Origin: an uncultured Alphaproteobacteria bacterium
Lineage (GTDB): Bacteria > Pseudomonadota > Alphaproteobacteria > Rhizobiales > Xanthobacteraceae
Assembly (NCBI GenBank): GCA_963770425.1
Contig: CAVYPQ010000007.1
Span: 84,864 to 148,863 of the forward strand
Length of the DNA stretch: 64,000 bases
Direction: 5' to 3'
The notes below the pieces were generated by a model, which was not told the DNA's origin, did no database searches, and saw only the letters and a list, made by a program, of their open reading frames with translations. Positions 10,270 to 20,820 of the stretch are shown here, piece after piece. How positions within the stretch are numbered: position 1 is the first letter of the stretch; each line of letters begins with the position of its first letter. The position numbers were made by a program, and so were the translations under genes.

Positions 10270-10683
10270 ATGAGCACCGCGACGGATACCAAGCAATATC
10301 CCGTGACCCATACCGAGGCGGAGTGGCGCAAGATCCTCACGCCCGAACAGTTCCACATCATGCGCGAGCATGGCACCGAGCGGCCCGGCAGCTGCGCGCT
10401 CAATTACGAGAAGCGCGCCGGCACGTTCTATTGCGCCGGCTGCGAGCAGAAGCTGTTCGCCTCGAAGAAGAAATTCGAAAGCGGCACCGGCTGGCCGAGC
10501 TTCAACGATCCGGAGCCGGGCGCGACCGAAACCTCGACCGACAACAGCTATTTCATGAGCCGGACCGAAGTGCATTGCAGCCGTTGCGGCAGCCACCTCG
10601 GCCACGTCTTCGAGGACGGCCCGCCGCCGACGCATCTGCGCTACTGCATCAACGGCGTGGCGATGAATTTCAAGCCGGAGTGA
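10270..10683 (+). CDS. msrB: peptide-methionine (R)-S-oxide reductase
   Basis: 137 aa with the GTERPGS, YCAGCEQKLF, GTGWPSF and HCSRCGSHLGHVFEDGP motifs (two CxxC pairs plus the catalytic region). Confidence 0.95.
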   Translation: MSTATDTKQYPVTHTEAEWRKILTPEQFHIMREHGTERPGSCALNYEKRAGTFYCAGCEQKLFASKKKFESGTGWPSFNDPEPGATETSTDNSYFMSRTEVHCSRCGSHLGHVFEDGPPPTHLRYCINGVAMNFKPE

Positions 10684-10688
10684 GGCCC

Positions 10689-10825
10689 GTCATTCCGGGA
10701 TGCGGACGAAGTCCGCGGGTCCGGAATCCATAGTCACAGTGCGGACGTAACGAACGCGGTCAATCTTCTTTGAGCGCCGGGGATATGGATTCCGGGCTCC
10801 TCGCTCCGCTCGGCCCCGGAATGAC
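10689..10825. repeat. REP-like palindromic element pair (gtcattccggg...ccggaatccat family)
   Basis: gtcattccgggatgcggacgaagtccgcgggtccggaatccatagtcac is followed by an inverted partner, ggatatggattccgggctc...cggccccggaatgac. The same family recurs at 54140..54242. Confidence 0.75.
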
Positions 10826-11967
10826 GGCGGGCGAGCGGAGCAGCACTTCGGCGCCACTCGCTGTGTTGCGCACGATCGCCGACATAATGGCGTTGCCAGC
10901 TTCGGCGTCGGCAATGCCGGCGTGCAGCGAATAGACACCGCCCTCGACCAATTGAGTTTGTGAGTCGGCGCGAAACTCCGGCGGCTCGTCGAGCGACAGG
11001 CCGATGCCGTGACCGGCACTGCCTCCCAGCACCGGATGAGGCGAGTAGGGCGCCAGCGCTTCACTTGCCACGCCGAAAAGGTCGCCCGCGCGGGCTCCCG
11101 GCCTCATCGCAGCAACAAGAGCGTCGAGCGCGGCCGCGGCGTGGCGTGCCGCCGGTTGAGGGATTCTCCTCGGCGGTGACGAACACATCAGCCCAGTAGC
11201 CGCCGAACTTGACGGCCAGGTAGCCGACCAGCGGCCCGGCAATTTTCTCGAACCGGCCCGCGTAGGGAATGAGCGTGCGGCCCCGATCGAGACTGACCAG
11301 CGTGCGGACATCCTGTGCCGCAAGCGAGCGTGCCAGGCGCTCGGCGTCGAGCGCGGCCGTCTCCGGCTCGCCGTTGTCGCGCCAGCTTTCAACAAACGTC
11401 CTTGCCGCTGTCTCAACCAGCTTGCACGACGCGCGCAGCATCGTCAGTTCGCGCGGCCGCTTGCGCTCGGGCGGAACCGTCAAGATGTCGTCGGCGCGCT
11501 TGAGTGTGAAATGCTCGCCGAGACTGCGACGCACCGCCTCGAGCAGAACCGGCGCCATCAGATCGAAACCGAGCGTGCCGAGTTCGACGCGGTTGATCGG
11601 CTTTCAGCTGCTCGCACCACGGATCGAAGGCTTTCACCCATTCGGGACCCATGCCGGAGCGCACGTCCGCGATCCAGGTCAGGCCGCGCATCGCCGGCAG
11701 ATCGCGCGTGCTCATCGCGCACAGAAGGCGCGGGTCGCCGCTCTTCGGCAGCAGCGCCATGCCCCAGCGCACGCGCGGAATGAAGTTGCTCAGATAGGCG
11801 AGCGCTGCGTGATCGCGCACGTCGCCATAAACAAGCATCGCCGGCCAGGAGTTTTGCTCCATCGCGGCGCGCAAGTCGGCAAGACGCAATTCGAATTCAT
11901 CGGACGGTAGGCGATCCTGCGCCCAGGTGTACGAGCCGATCGTCACTGAAGGCTGCATGGTACGCAT
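10760..11967 (-). pseudogene. M24-family (creatinase/Xaa-Pro peptidase-like) protein broken by two frameshifts (near 11597 and 11165)
   Basis: Three consecutive minus-strand ORF pieces read on sensibly. They are 11413..11967 (to ...WVKAFDPWCEQLK), 11061..11558 (INRVELGTLGFDLMAPVLLEAV...GYWADVFVTAEENP) and 10760..11416 (QPAARHAAAALDALV...HGIGLSLDEPPEF...). The last roughly 20 codons are encoded by the REP element at 10760-10825. Confidence 0.6.
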
Positions 11968-11976
11968 GGCAGGGCC

Positions 11977-13113
11977 TCAGACCGGGATCACATCGAGTTG
12001 CGCCATTTGCGCCGACAGCGCGCGGCAGCCGTTTTCCATGACCACGACGGGCTCGCCGCACATCAGATAACCGCTTTCCGGAATATACTGGTTGGGGTGC
12101 ATGACAAACACCATGCCGGTTTCCAGCACGCGTTCGTTGCTGTCGACGATGTCGCCCGGGCGGTCCGAGGTGATGCCGAGGCCGTGGCCGCGCACGCGCA
12201 TATAGGGCGGCCGGCAGTAATCGCCGTAGCCGGCTGCTGCGATCACCGAATTGATGGCGCGCGTCACGTCGGCGACGGTCGTGCCGGCGCGGCCTGCTTC
12301 CAAGCCGGCCTGCATGGCATCCTGCAGGATGGCGTATTTGTCGCGCACCACCGGACGCGGCTCGCCGATCACCGTGGTGCGGCAAATCTGCGCGAACTGG
12401 CCGTGGTAGCAGGGCGTGATCTCCGACAGGATGATATCGCCGACGTCGAGAATGCGCTCGCCCGCGGCGCGCACCGCCAGATTATGCTGCGAGGCGCTCA
12501 TCAGCAGAAAGTTGTCTTCGGCGCCGAGTTTCTTGGTGAAACAATAAAGCTCGGCCGCGAGCTCATATTCGCGCATGCCAGGGCGTGCGCATTCGAGCAG
12601 CCGCTCGTAGCCGCGTTCGGCGATCCAGGTGGCGTGTTCCGCCGCTTTCAGTTCCTCGGCAGTGCGTATCCGTGCCAAGTCGCGGGCGAGTTCGTCCGCT
12701 GCTTGTGGCAGGGCGCCGAGCGCCGCCTCGATGCGGGCCACAACACCCGAGCCCAGAAAGGACAGGCCGACCGACAGGCTGCGCGACACGGCGATGCGGT
12801 GCTCACCAATTGCGCTCGCCAGCGCCGCGGTGAGATCGTCAGTCGCGATGGTGTTGTCGGTCCATGACAGCGACGCGGCGCGTTCGGCGTCCCAGGCCGG
12901 CGTCACGATCAGCGTGGACCGCCCGTCGCGATCCACCACCACGGCGCTCTCGCCCATCGGACGAACGCCGGAGAGCACGTAGACCGCGTTCGACTCCAAA
13001 AAATTATTGAGCCCGTTGCTGGCCGCGATCAGACCGTCGCGGTTGTTGTTGGCCAGATACTTTGCGGCCGCGGCCAGACGGATGTTTTTCTTCACGGCAA
13101 CTCGCTCGTCCAT
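11977..13113 (-). CDS. M24-family metallopeptidase-like protein (creatinase/prolidase fold)
   Basis: Intact 378-aa ORF with a pita-bread C-terminal domain (DIILSEITPCYHGQFAQICRT...RGHGLGITSD...MVFVMHPN). It is a paralogue of the broken gene immediately downstream. Confidence 0.8.
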   Translation of the reverse strand: MDERVAVKKNIRLAAAAKYLANNNRDGLIAASNGLNNFLESNAVYVLSGVRPMGESAVVVDRDGRSTLIVTPAWDAERAASLSWTDNTIATDDLTAALASAIGEHRIAVSRSLSVGLSFLGSGVVARIEAALGALPQAADELARDLARIRTAEELKAAEHATWIAERGYERLLECARPGMREYELAAELYCFTKKLGAEDNFLLMSASQHNLAVRAAGERILDVGDIILSEITPCYHGQFAQICRTTVIGEPRPVVRDKYAILQDAMQAGLEAGRAGTTVADVTRAINSVIAAAGYGDYCRPPYMRVRGHGLGITSDRPGDIVDSNERVLETGMVFVMHPNQYIPESGYLMCGEPVVVMENGCRALSAQMAQLDVIPV

Positions 13114-13126
13114 GATCCACTCTCGC

Positions 13127-14326
13127 CTAATGCGCTGCCGCCGAAAAATCCTGCATCACCGCCGAGCGCGCGACGCGGGCCTTGCGCGTGGTCGGCGGCG
13201 TATTGCGGCTGCGACCGACGAAGCGCGGCACGCCGGCCGTGATGACGCCGCCGATGGCCGCGATGTCGCCGTGCTTGATGGCGTCAAGCGCCGTCGCCTG
13301 CGTGCCGCCATCCGGCGCGTCGATCAGCGACGATGTCGGCGGCGCTTCCGGGCGCCAGCAGACCGGAATCGAGTCCATAGACGCGCGCATTGCTGCCCGT
13401 CGCGGCGCAGATGAATTTTTCCGCCGGCATGTCGGTGAGGCTCGCACAATGCGCGATGGTGTACAGCATGCCGAGCGGCATGATGCCGGAGCCGGTCGGC
13501 GTATCGGTGCCGATGATGAAGCGGTCGAACGCGCCATGCTGCTCGGCGAGGCGCGCGCAGAGCAGCGTCGTGCGCAGGTTGCCCGCGGTGCACACCTGGA
13601 GCGCGATGTCGCTTTCCTTGATGACGCGCTCGAAGTCGCGGTCGGGCATCGCCGTCGGGCCGCCGTTGATGTGAAACGACACATGCGGCTGCATCGCCAA
13701 CAGATGGTCGCCGGTGATCGCGCCAGAGCCCGGAATGGAAGCGCCGCCGGTGTGGCAGGTCGTGATCAGGCCGGCCGCCTTCGCATCGCGGACCAGCGGC
13801 ACGTAGTCGTAAGGGCGATCTTCACGGCGCCGAAGCCCGCCTTGGCGAGGCGGACGCCGTTGACGGCGAGCTCGACGAAGTCGGCGGCTTTGAGGCCCGG
13901 TTCGAGGATGACCGAACCGGCGAGCACGCGCATGCCGCCGGGCCGGTACGCGGCGAAGCAACGCTGCGCCGCCAGCGCCAGCGCCTTGACGCCTTCAGGA
14001 TCGCTCGGCCGCCCCGGCACGTGCACCTCCGAGGCCGAGATCACCGTCGTGGTGCCGCCGTGGATATAACTCTCGAGAAACCCGACCGTGCGCTGGCGCG
14101 GCGTGTAATCGCCGAACGTGACGTGGACGTGCGAGTCGATCAGGCCGGGGATCGCGGTCATGCCGCCGGCATCGATGACGACATCGGCGCTCTCGATGGC
14201 GGCGGCAGGCGCCGAGCCGACCAGCGCAATGTGTTCGCCGTCGCTGACGATCGTATCGCCTGCCGCAATCGGCGCATGCCAATCGCCCGAGACGATGGCT
14301 CCGATATTGATGACCGCGACCTTCAC
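13127..14326 (-). pseudogene. enamidase-like amidohydrolase broken by two frameshifts (near 13825 and 13328)
   Basis: The pieces 13766..14326, 13284..13961 and 13127..13684 join in order. They read MKVAVINIGAIVSGDW...IDSHVHVTFGDYTPRQ... / EDRPYDYVPLVRDAKAAGLITTCHTGGASIPGS...HINGGPTAM... / LIDAPDGGTQATALDAIKHGDIAAIGGVITAG...SRNTPP. The join is colinear with enamidase-type amidohydrolases as I remember them. Confidence 0.7.
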
Positions 14327-14496
14327 CCGTAGTGCTCCACACTGACCCTGCGCATCTCAGCCTAGCCCGGATCAGCCGGCAGCGGAATGCCGGTGGTTCA
14401 ACGTTGTGTAATGTAAAGCCGGTAGCAACTTGAGGGCGCGCGGCGCCGTGTTAAAATCCAGCGGCAACGCTTTGGCAAAAGCGTCAGGGGGCTCCT

Positions 14497-15265
14497 ATGA
14501 CACACGTTCCACCACCGCTGCCTGTCCAACCGACGCCGGTCGCGCAGTACGCCGAAAGCGAGTTTCTCGTCGGTCAGATCCTGAATCGAACCTTCGCAGT
14601 ATTGTCGCGCAACCTGCTGCCGTTCTGCGTGGTCACGGCGATTGCGTATCTGCCGAACCTTCTGTTCCTTGAAAGGGATCAGACGGGTGTGCCGCAGGGC
14701 CGCGTGATCGCAATGATATTCATTGGCGCCATTTTGTCGCTCGTTCTGAGCGCGCTCAGCCAGGCCATCGTGCTGTTCGCTGCGTTCGAGGACATGCGTG
14801 GCCGGCCGGTCGACATGATTGCGTCGCTGAAGGTTGGGTTAGCCCGGTTCTTTCCCGTTATTGGCGTGGCGCTTCTGGTGGGACTTCTCACCGCGCTCGC
14901 CGCCATTCTCCTCGTCTTCCCGGCTTTCATCGTCATGTCCATGCTGTTTGTTGCGATGCCGGTTTGCATCGTCGAACGGCTTGGCCCGGCAAAAAGCCTC
15001 GGGCGCAGTTCGGCCTCTGACAAAGGGTCATCGCTGGAAGGTGTTTGGACTCTGGCTCGTCATCATGCTCGTTACAGCGGTTGGCGGCGGCATGCTGGGG
15101 GGCATCGGCTACGCCACCGGCCCCATTGTGGGCGGCCTGCTGAAGCTCGTCTGGGGCGCGCTCGCGGGAGCGTTCAACGCCATCATGGTCGTTGTTGCGT
15201 ATCACGATCTTCGCGTCGTCAAGGAAGGCGTCGATACCGATCGCATCGCATCGGTCTTCGACTAA
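14497..15265 (+). pseudogene. polytopic membrane protein of unknown function, one frameshift near 15015
   Basis: ORF 14497..15546 is hydrophobic and plausible up to ...ERLGPAKSLGRSS, then becomes Arg-rich junk. Frame 14861..15265 continues with LTKGHRWKVFGLWLVIMLVTAVGGGMLGG...AYHDLRVVKEGVDTDRIASVFD. Confidence 0.5.
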
Positions 15266-15271
15266 TCGGGT

Positions 15272-16219
15272 TCACGGCGGCGCGGAAGGTTGCGCGTATT
15301 TGTCTGCCCGAGCCTTGCCGAACAGCTGCTCGCGCTCGAGATAGGCGCGCTCGGCGGTGTAGAAATCGCGCAGAAAGGTCGTCACCGCGTTGCGCGGCAC
15401 CGGATCGGTCCAGCCGATCTTGCGGCAGATCTTGTCGCAGACTTCGTCGAGCACCTGCGTGGTCTCGGCGCTCGGCGGCCGTCGCAGCAGCTCTTCGAGA
15501 ACCTGCAACTCAAAGGCGCCGTAAGCCTGCAGCTGCTGCGGCGTGAACGTGAACTGCATCGCGCGCTCGACCAGATCGCCCGACAGCGCCCGGCGCGGCA
15601 ACGCGATGACCATCGTGCCTGCAATCAGATCGCCGCCGCGCATGCGATCGCGATTGATCGCCGGCAGCGCGGCAAAGAACAGGAGCCACACGGCGGTCGA
15701 GAGCTGACTCCAGTCGATGGCGCCGCCAGCGGATCGGCCGCCCTCCAGCAGCACGCCCAACGGGATGAACATCTCGACTTCGCGGGTGAGGTTGCGCGCA
15801 ATCACCGCCGACGGCAGCAGCGGGCCACCACGGCGGTCGATCACGCGCAGACCGATCACACGCTTGCCCGGCGTGGAGCCCTGCCACGCCAGTTCGAAAT
15901 AGATGAAATAGAGGTTGCGGACCACGAAGCCGATGAACAGCGCGATCGAGATGGCGATCAGGCTGCCGCCGATCCTGCCGATGACCAGAAATATCGGCAG
16001 ATAAACCAGGATGGTGAGCAGGCTCCAGATCGCGAAATCGATGCTGAAGGCGGCGAGGCGTTCACCGTAATCGGCGATCTCCACGGTGACCGGTACGCCC
16101 TCGGGCGTGACGATCTCGCGCCGCTGGCGGCGCAAGTCGCCGAATAACTGCGAGGCGCGCTCACGTAGCGCCGATGGCAGAGGAGGCGGACCGCGCGGTG
16201 TATCCTGTGCGGTCGTCAT
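15272..16219 (-). CDS. RDD-family membrane protein
   Basis: GERLAAFSIDFAIWSLL plus GKRVIGLRVIDRRGG are RDD-domain hallmarks. The start ATG 16219 overlaps the upstream stop (ATGA at 16216-16219). Confidence 0.8.
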   Translation of the reverse strand: MTTAQDTPRGPPPLPSALRERASQLFGDLRRQRREIVTPEGVPVTVEIADYGERLAAFSIDFAIWSLLTILVYLPIFLVIGRIGGSLIAISIALFIGFVVRNLYFIYFELAWQGSTPGKRVIGLRVIDRRGGPLLPSAVIARNLTREVEMFIPLGVLLEGGRSAGGAIDWSQLSTAVWLLFFAALPAINRDRMRGGDLIAGTMVIALPRRALSGDLVERAMQFTFTPQQLQAYGAFELQVLEELLRRPPSAETTQVLDEVCDKICRKIGWTDPVPRNAVTTFLRDFYTAERAYLEREQLFGKARADKYAQPSAPP

Positions 16220-17289
16220 TTTGGTTCCCGGCGGCCGCAACGGCTGTAATAGACGAGCCACAGCGCGCCGATGCCGAGCCCGATCGCGAAGCGCAGCGGC
16301 GTGCTCTGCACGAGCTGGCGAAAGCCGCCTTCGAGGATGCCCGCCACAAACAGCATCAGCACGCCGCCGACGCCCATCATGGCCGCCTGCCGGCCATGCA
16401 GCGCCAGATTTTCGATACGCGTGTAGCGGCCGGGAAACAGGATCTTGTCGGCGATGACCAGGCCGCCGGCGGACAGCAGGATGAGCGCACCGATCTCGGT
16501 GGTGCCGTGGATCGATATCCAGCCGAGGAAATCGACGGCCAGGCCGCGGTCGTAATGAAGCGCGAGAAACGCGCCCAGCGTGAGACCCTGATAGGCGGTC
16601 AGCAGCAGCGTCGGAATACCGGCGGCGAGGCCGAGACCGAACGAGAGCAGGCCCACCAGCGTATTGTGGCTGAACAGCACATTGGCAAAAATGCCGAAGG
16701 CCTCGGCGGCGCCCGGCCAGGGCGCAAACAGTTCCTTGCTGCGCAGGTCGGCCGCGGAGACGGAGGGGCCGCGCCCGCCGGCCAACTCGGCCGGCACGAA
16801 CGCCGTCATCCAGGCTTCGTCCTGAACGGTCAGGATAAAGCCCGCCGCAACGCCGAGCAGCAGCGCGATGGTCACGATGAGGATATGCCAGCGTGCCGCG
16901 CGCACCGCGGCCGGCAGGTCATAAACAAAAAACGCGCGCAGCCCCTCGATGGCGCCAATGCGCGGTCCGTACACAGCCAAGTAGGCGCGCAGCGCGAGGT
17001 TCTCGAGATAGAGCAGGAGATTGCGGTCGAGCGCGATGGTTCGCGCCACCGACAGCGATGACAAGGCCGCGCGATAGAGCACCGGCAGCTGCTGCAATTC
17101 GTCGAGCGTGAGCGAGCGCACGCCCCGCCGCTCCACCCGCCCGACGAGCTTTTCCAGTTCGCGCCAGCCTTCCTCGCGGCCTTTGCGAAACTCGCTGCTT
17201 TTGAGCACGAGTTCGCCTTTGGGGCCGGCGGTCGGCGCGCTCCGTCCTGCAATTCTCGCTTCGTCGATCAAGTCGGCGGCTTGTGTCAT
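16216..17289 (-). CDS. SpoIIM-like (stage II sporulation protein M / DUF95 family) integral membrane protein
   Basis: This is the C-terminal 357 codons of track ORF 16216..18186, starting MTQAADLIDEA. It has multiple TM segments and the WISIHGTTEIGALILLSAGG motif. The start overlaps the DUF58 stop (ATGA at 17286-17289). Confidence 0.75.
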   Translation of the reverse strand: MTQAADLIDEARIAGRSAPTAGPKGELVLKSSEFRKGREEGWRELEKLVGRVERRGVRSLTLDELQQLPVLYRAALSSLSVARTIALDRNLLLYLENLALRAYLAVYGPRIGAIEGLRAFFVYDLPAAVRAARWHILIVTIALLLGVAAGFILTVQDEAWMTAFVPAELAGGRGPSVSAADLRSKELFAPWPGAAEAFGIFANVLFSHNTLVGLLSFGLGLAAGIPTLLLTAYQGLTLGAFLALHYDRGLAVDFLGWISIHGTTEIGALILLSAGGLVIADKILFPGRYTRIENLALHGRQAAMMGVGGVLMLFVAGILEGGFRQLVQSTPLRFAIGLGIGALWLVYYSRCGRREPK

Positions 17290-18600
17290 ATCAACCCGCG
17301 TTGCTTGATGAGCAGATAACGGTTGATCAGCGCAACCGGCAGTCCCCGGCTCGGCACATCGAGACATTGGATGCCGAGCCGCTCGAGGCGCTCGAACACG
17401 ATGCTGCGCTCGCGCAGGAAGTCGTGGGCGATCACCGCCTGCGCCACATCGGCGAAGCGTTCTGGGGTCGCATCGACCGCGCGCTGCAACAGCGAGCCGC
17501 GCTGCGTGACGAACACCACGAGATGCCGGTTGGCGACGCGCTGCATGCTCTCGATCAACAGTTCGGCGGTGATGGTGTCGACGAAATCGGTGAACAGAAT
17601 GACGAGCGCGCGGCGCTTGAGGCGGGTGTTGAGCTCGGCGAGGCCGAGGGTGAAGTTGGTTTCCTGATGGTGGTAGTCGAGCTCCGCGGTCGCGCGCTGC
17701 AGCCGGGAGAAGCCGGCAATGCCGCGCACCGGCGCCATGAATTGGCGGACGCGGGCGTCGAACCCATAGGTGCCGACGAGATCGCCGCCTTGCAGCGATA
17801 CCCAGGCCAGCACCAGTCCGGCATTGATGGCATGGTCGAGACGCGCCATGCCGTCGACCGGTTCGAGCATGAGATAGCCGGTGTCGAATGCCATCACGAC
17901 CTGGTGGTTGCGCTCGGTGCGAAACTCCTTGGACAAAAGCCTGCGGTGGCGCGCCGAGTGCTTCCAGTCGATGAAGCGGTTGTCCTGTCCGGGCGAGTAT
18001 TCGCGCAGCGCCTCGAACTCGGCGCCTTCGCCTTTCTGGATCTGGGCCTTGATGCCGTAGATCGCTTCCTGGACGAAAAACTGCAACGCCGTGCCGTGTA
18101 CGCCGCGCACGTTCGGCACGACTTCGATGGTCCGGTCCACGGGAATGCGGCGGATGAATTCCACAAGCGACAGCGGGCCACGCCAACGCAGCCAGATTTG
18201 ATCGACATGCACGCGGCCGCGGCGTCGCGGAATTATCGGAAGCGTGATGCGGCCGTCGCCGCCTGGAGCAGCGGTAGCGGAAACAATTTCGGACGGCTCG
18301 ACATCGCCCTGCTGTTCAGAGATCGCCTCGAAGCGGATCGCGCGTCGAAATCCGCCGGTGGAAATCGTCAGCGTCGTCGCGCCTTGCTCGCCGATATAGA
18401 GCCGGCCAGGGGCCGAAATTTTGACGGCCAGACGACGCCACGGAGCAGGCGAGCGCGAGATCGCTGGCGCCGACGATCAGCACAAGCAGTGCATAGTCGA
18501 ACGCCAGCGCCCACAGGCCGGATTTGTAAACGACGATCAGCAGCGCCAGCGGAATTCCGGCCGCAAAGATCAGAAGCAAACGAAGCGTCGGCCGGATCAT
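17286..18600 (-). pseudogene. DUF58 (VWA-like) protein, the usual MoxR partner, with one frameshift near 18445
   Basis: The N-terminal two-TM piece is 18316..18600 ([21 protein letters not shown]...). It continues in the frame of 17286..18212, which is open upstream through RRLAVKISAPGRLYIGEQGATTLTIS... REYSPGQDNRFIDWKHSARHRRLL is the DUF58 signature. Confidence 0.75.
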
Positions 18601-19553
18601 CGCGGCGCCGGTGTCTGGTCGAGCACCTCGCGCAGGATCCGGTCGGCGGTCAGGCCTTCGATCTCGGCGCTCGGTGCGATGGTGAGACGATGACGGAGCA
18701 CCGGCAGGGCGAGAATCTTGATGTCGTCCGGAATGACGAAATCGCGCCCCTGCAGCACGGCGTAGGCGCGCACCGCCGCCGCCAGCATGTTGGCGGCGCG
18801 GGTCGATGCGCCGACTTCGAGCGAAGAATGCGCCCGGGTCGCTCGCACCACGTCGACGATGTAGTCGATCAGCGGTTCGGTGAGGCGGATATTGGTGACG
18901 GCGAGGCGCGCTTTCGCCAGCGCGGAACTTTCCGCGATGGCCTTGATGTCGAAATCCTCCAGGCGCGGCATCGCCGAGCGATGGCCGTGCCGCCGCACGA
19001 TCTCGCGCTCTTCGTCGCGGCTCGGATGATCGATGAGGAGCTTGAACAGAAAGCGGTCGAGCTGCGCCTCGGGTAGCGGATAGGTGCCTTGCTGTTCGAT
19101 GGGATTTTGTGTCGCGACCACCATGAAGTCATCGCCGAGCGCATAATCCTTGCCGTCGATGGTGACTACGCGTTCGTTCATGGCCTGCAACAGCGCGGCT
19201 TGCGTCTTCGGCGGCGTGCGATTGATCTCGTCGGCCAGCAGGAGCTGGGTGAAGATCGGCCCTTTGGTGAGAACAAAGGAGTTCGTCTGGAAATTGAACA
19301 GGTTTGTGCCCAGCACATCGCCGGGCATCAGATCGGGCGTGAACTGGATGCGGCCGAATTGCAGCGCCAGGCTTGCGGCGAATGCGCGGGTGATCAGCGT
19401 TTTGGCGGTCCCCGGCACCCCCTCAAGCAGAATATGGCCGCCGACCAGCAGACTGGTCAGCATCAGGTCGATCACCTCGTCCTGGCCGACGACCGCCTTG
19501 CGCACTTCGCCGCGAATGCCGTCAGCGATTACGCGGATGTCTTGCACGTCCAT
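18597..19553 (-). CDS. MoxR-family AAA+ ATPase
   Basis: 318 aa with Walker A GVPGTAKT, Walker B LLADEINR and [22 protein letters not shown]. The stop overlaps the DUF58 start (ATGA at 18597-18600). Confidence 0.9.
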   Translation of the reverse strand: MDVQDIRVIADGIRGEVRKAVVGQDEVIDLMLTSLLVGGHILLEGVPGTAKTLITRAFAASLALQFGRIQFTPDLMPGDVLGTNLFNFQTNSFVLTKGPIFTQLLLADEINRTPPKTQAALLQAMNERVVTIDGKDYALGDDFMVVATQNPIEQQGTYPLPEAQLDRFLFKLLIDHPSRDEEREIVRRHGHRSAMPRLEDFDIKAIAESSALAKARLAVTNIRLTEPLIDYIVDVVRATRAHSSLEVGASTRAANMLAAAVRAYAVLQGRDFVIPDDIKILALPVLRHRLTIAPSAEIEGLTADRILREVLDQTPAPR

Positions 19554-20820
19554 CGACGATCTCCCCCCGCCATCGGTGAATGTCCCGCGCCAGCCGCACC
19601 AGCGACGCGGCGCTGCGGCGCCGGCCGTCGGCGAGCGCTTCTGTTTCGCTGATCAGTGCGCCGCAATCGGTGGTAATGCCGCGCGCCGCTCCGACCCGCT
19701 GCAGCCAGGAAACCAGCGCCGGCGTCGAGAGCCCGCGCGGTGCGTGAAGCTGTCGCGCGACGTCGCGCACGGTCTCGAACACGTACCGCCGAATCATGAC
19801 TTCGTGATGCCCGGTGAATTCGACCAGCTTGGCGATGTTTTGCAGCAGTCCGAGGCGGCCGGCGCTCATCGGTGGCGGCGCCGGCTGCGGCGCGCCGAAA
19901 CGTCCAAGCGTCGCCCACAGCAAGAGCGCAATCGCGAGCGCGCCCTGGATGGTTGCGACGATGAATGGAAAACGGAACAGCAGCAAAAGCGGACCGGCCG
20001 GTTCACTGGTGAAGCCATGCAGCGTTTCGTCGAATACGACCCGCCCGGAGCCGGCGAGCAGATGCTTGAACATCGCCACGGCAAGCGCCGCGTTGTCCGC
20101 CGCGGCGAAGCCGTGATTGGACAGGATGTCCGGATCGGACAGCACCCAGATGGTGTGTTTGTGCGAAACAGTGGCGCCTCGCTGCAGCGGCTTTAGCGGA
20201 TCGGACAAAAGCAGGAATTCGCCGTTGCCCTGCGAAACCTCGCCGAGCAGCACGCCGTCCTTGCCGCCGATGAGTGGCCGCAACCCGCCGCCGCTGATGA
20301 GCTGTATCGGCGTTTGCAGGGTGGGCGGGACGGCGAGCGTGTTTGTCGTCCAGGACGCCTCGTCGGCCCGGACCACGTCCGCGCGCGGCGCCACCAAATG
20401 CAGCACCCAGGCGGCGTCGGCGCGCGACAACAGGGCCGCTTCGCCAAGCCAGCTCGACTTGCGCTTGCTCGGTTCGCCGGTCCATTTCGGTAGCACGAGC
20501 AGAACGGTATCGGCCTTGAGCAGCGTCCTGATGGTCCGCTCGGTCGCGGGACTCGGGCGCGGCTCGGCGATCACCATAACGCTGCCCGGTGTCAGCTTGC
20601 CGAGCGAATCATAACGGCTCTTGACCACGTCGGTGCCGAGTTTTTGCAGGACATCGGCAATACCCGCATAGCCGATGGCCGAACGCGAAAATGCGCCTGG
20701 CCCGACGGTGTCGCCCTGGTCCTTGTTGCCCATGAAAAACAGCGAGACGGCGAACGTCAGCGCTGCGGCGACGATCCAGGCAATCAGCAGCCGTTTGGAA
20801 AAGATCGATTCGCCGTTCAT
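19522..20820 (-). CDS. DUF4350-domain membrane-anchored protein
   Basis: An N-terminal TM helix is followed by [22 protein letters not shown]...[11 protein letters not shown]...LLVLPKW, typical of DUF4350. The start ATG 20820 overlaps the upstream stop (ATGA at 20817-20820). The 3' end overlaps moxR by 32 nt. Confidence 0.7.
   Translation of the reverse strand: MNGESIFSKRLLIAWIVAAALTFAVSLFFMGNKDQGDTVGPGAFSRSAIGYAGIADVLQKLGTDVVKSRYDSLGKLTPGSVMVIAEPRPSPATERTIRTLLKADTVLLVLPKWTGEPSKRKSSWLGEAALLSRADAAWVLHLVAPRADVVRADEASWTTNTLAVPPTLQTPIQLISGGGLRPLIGGKDGVLLGEVSQGNGEFLLLSDPLKPLQRGATVSHKHTIWVLSDPDILSNHGFAAADNAALAVAMFKHLLAGSGRVVFDETLHGFTSEPAGPLLLLFRFPFIVATIQGALAIALLLWATLGRFGAPQPAPPPMSAGRLGLLQNIAKLVEFTGHHEVMIRRYVFETVRDVARQLHAPRGLSTPALVSWLQRVGAARGITTDCGALISETEALADGRRRSAASLVRLARDIHRWRGEIVDGRARHPRNR

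Noticed and set aside
17290-18186. The N-terminal 299 codons of track ORF 16216..18186 (656 aa).
   Set aside because: This part overlaps the DUF58 gene in another frame and is Arg/Pro/Ala junk. The credible SpoIIM-like protein begins at MTQAADL (ATG 17289), which forms an ATGA overlap with the DUF58 stop.
17283-19076. 597-aa plus-strand ORF opposite the DUF58 and MoxR genes. Also 39769..41559(-), 596 aa, opposite the MFS gene, and 42352..43866(+), 504 aa, opposite the dioxygenase alpha subunit.
   Set aside because: The reasoning is the same. The opposite strand encodes proteins with Walker A/B, Rieske or MFS motifs, while these ORFs are Arg/Asp/Ala/Gly repeats without motifs.
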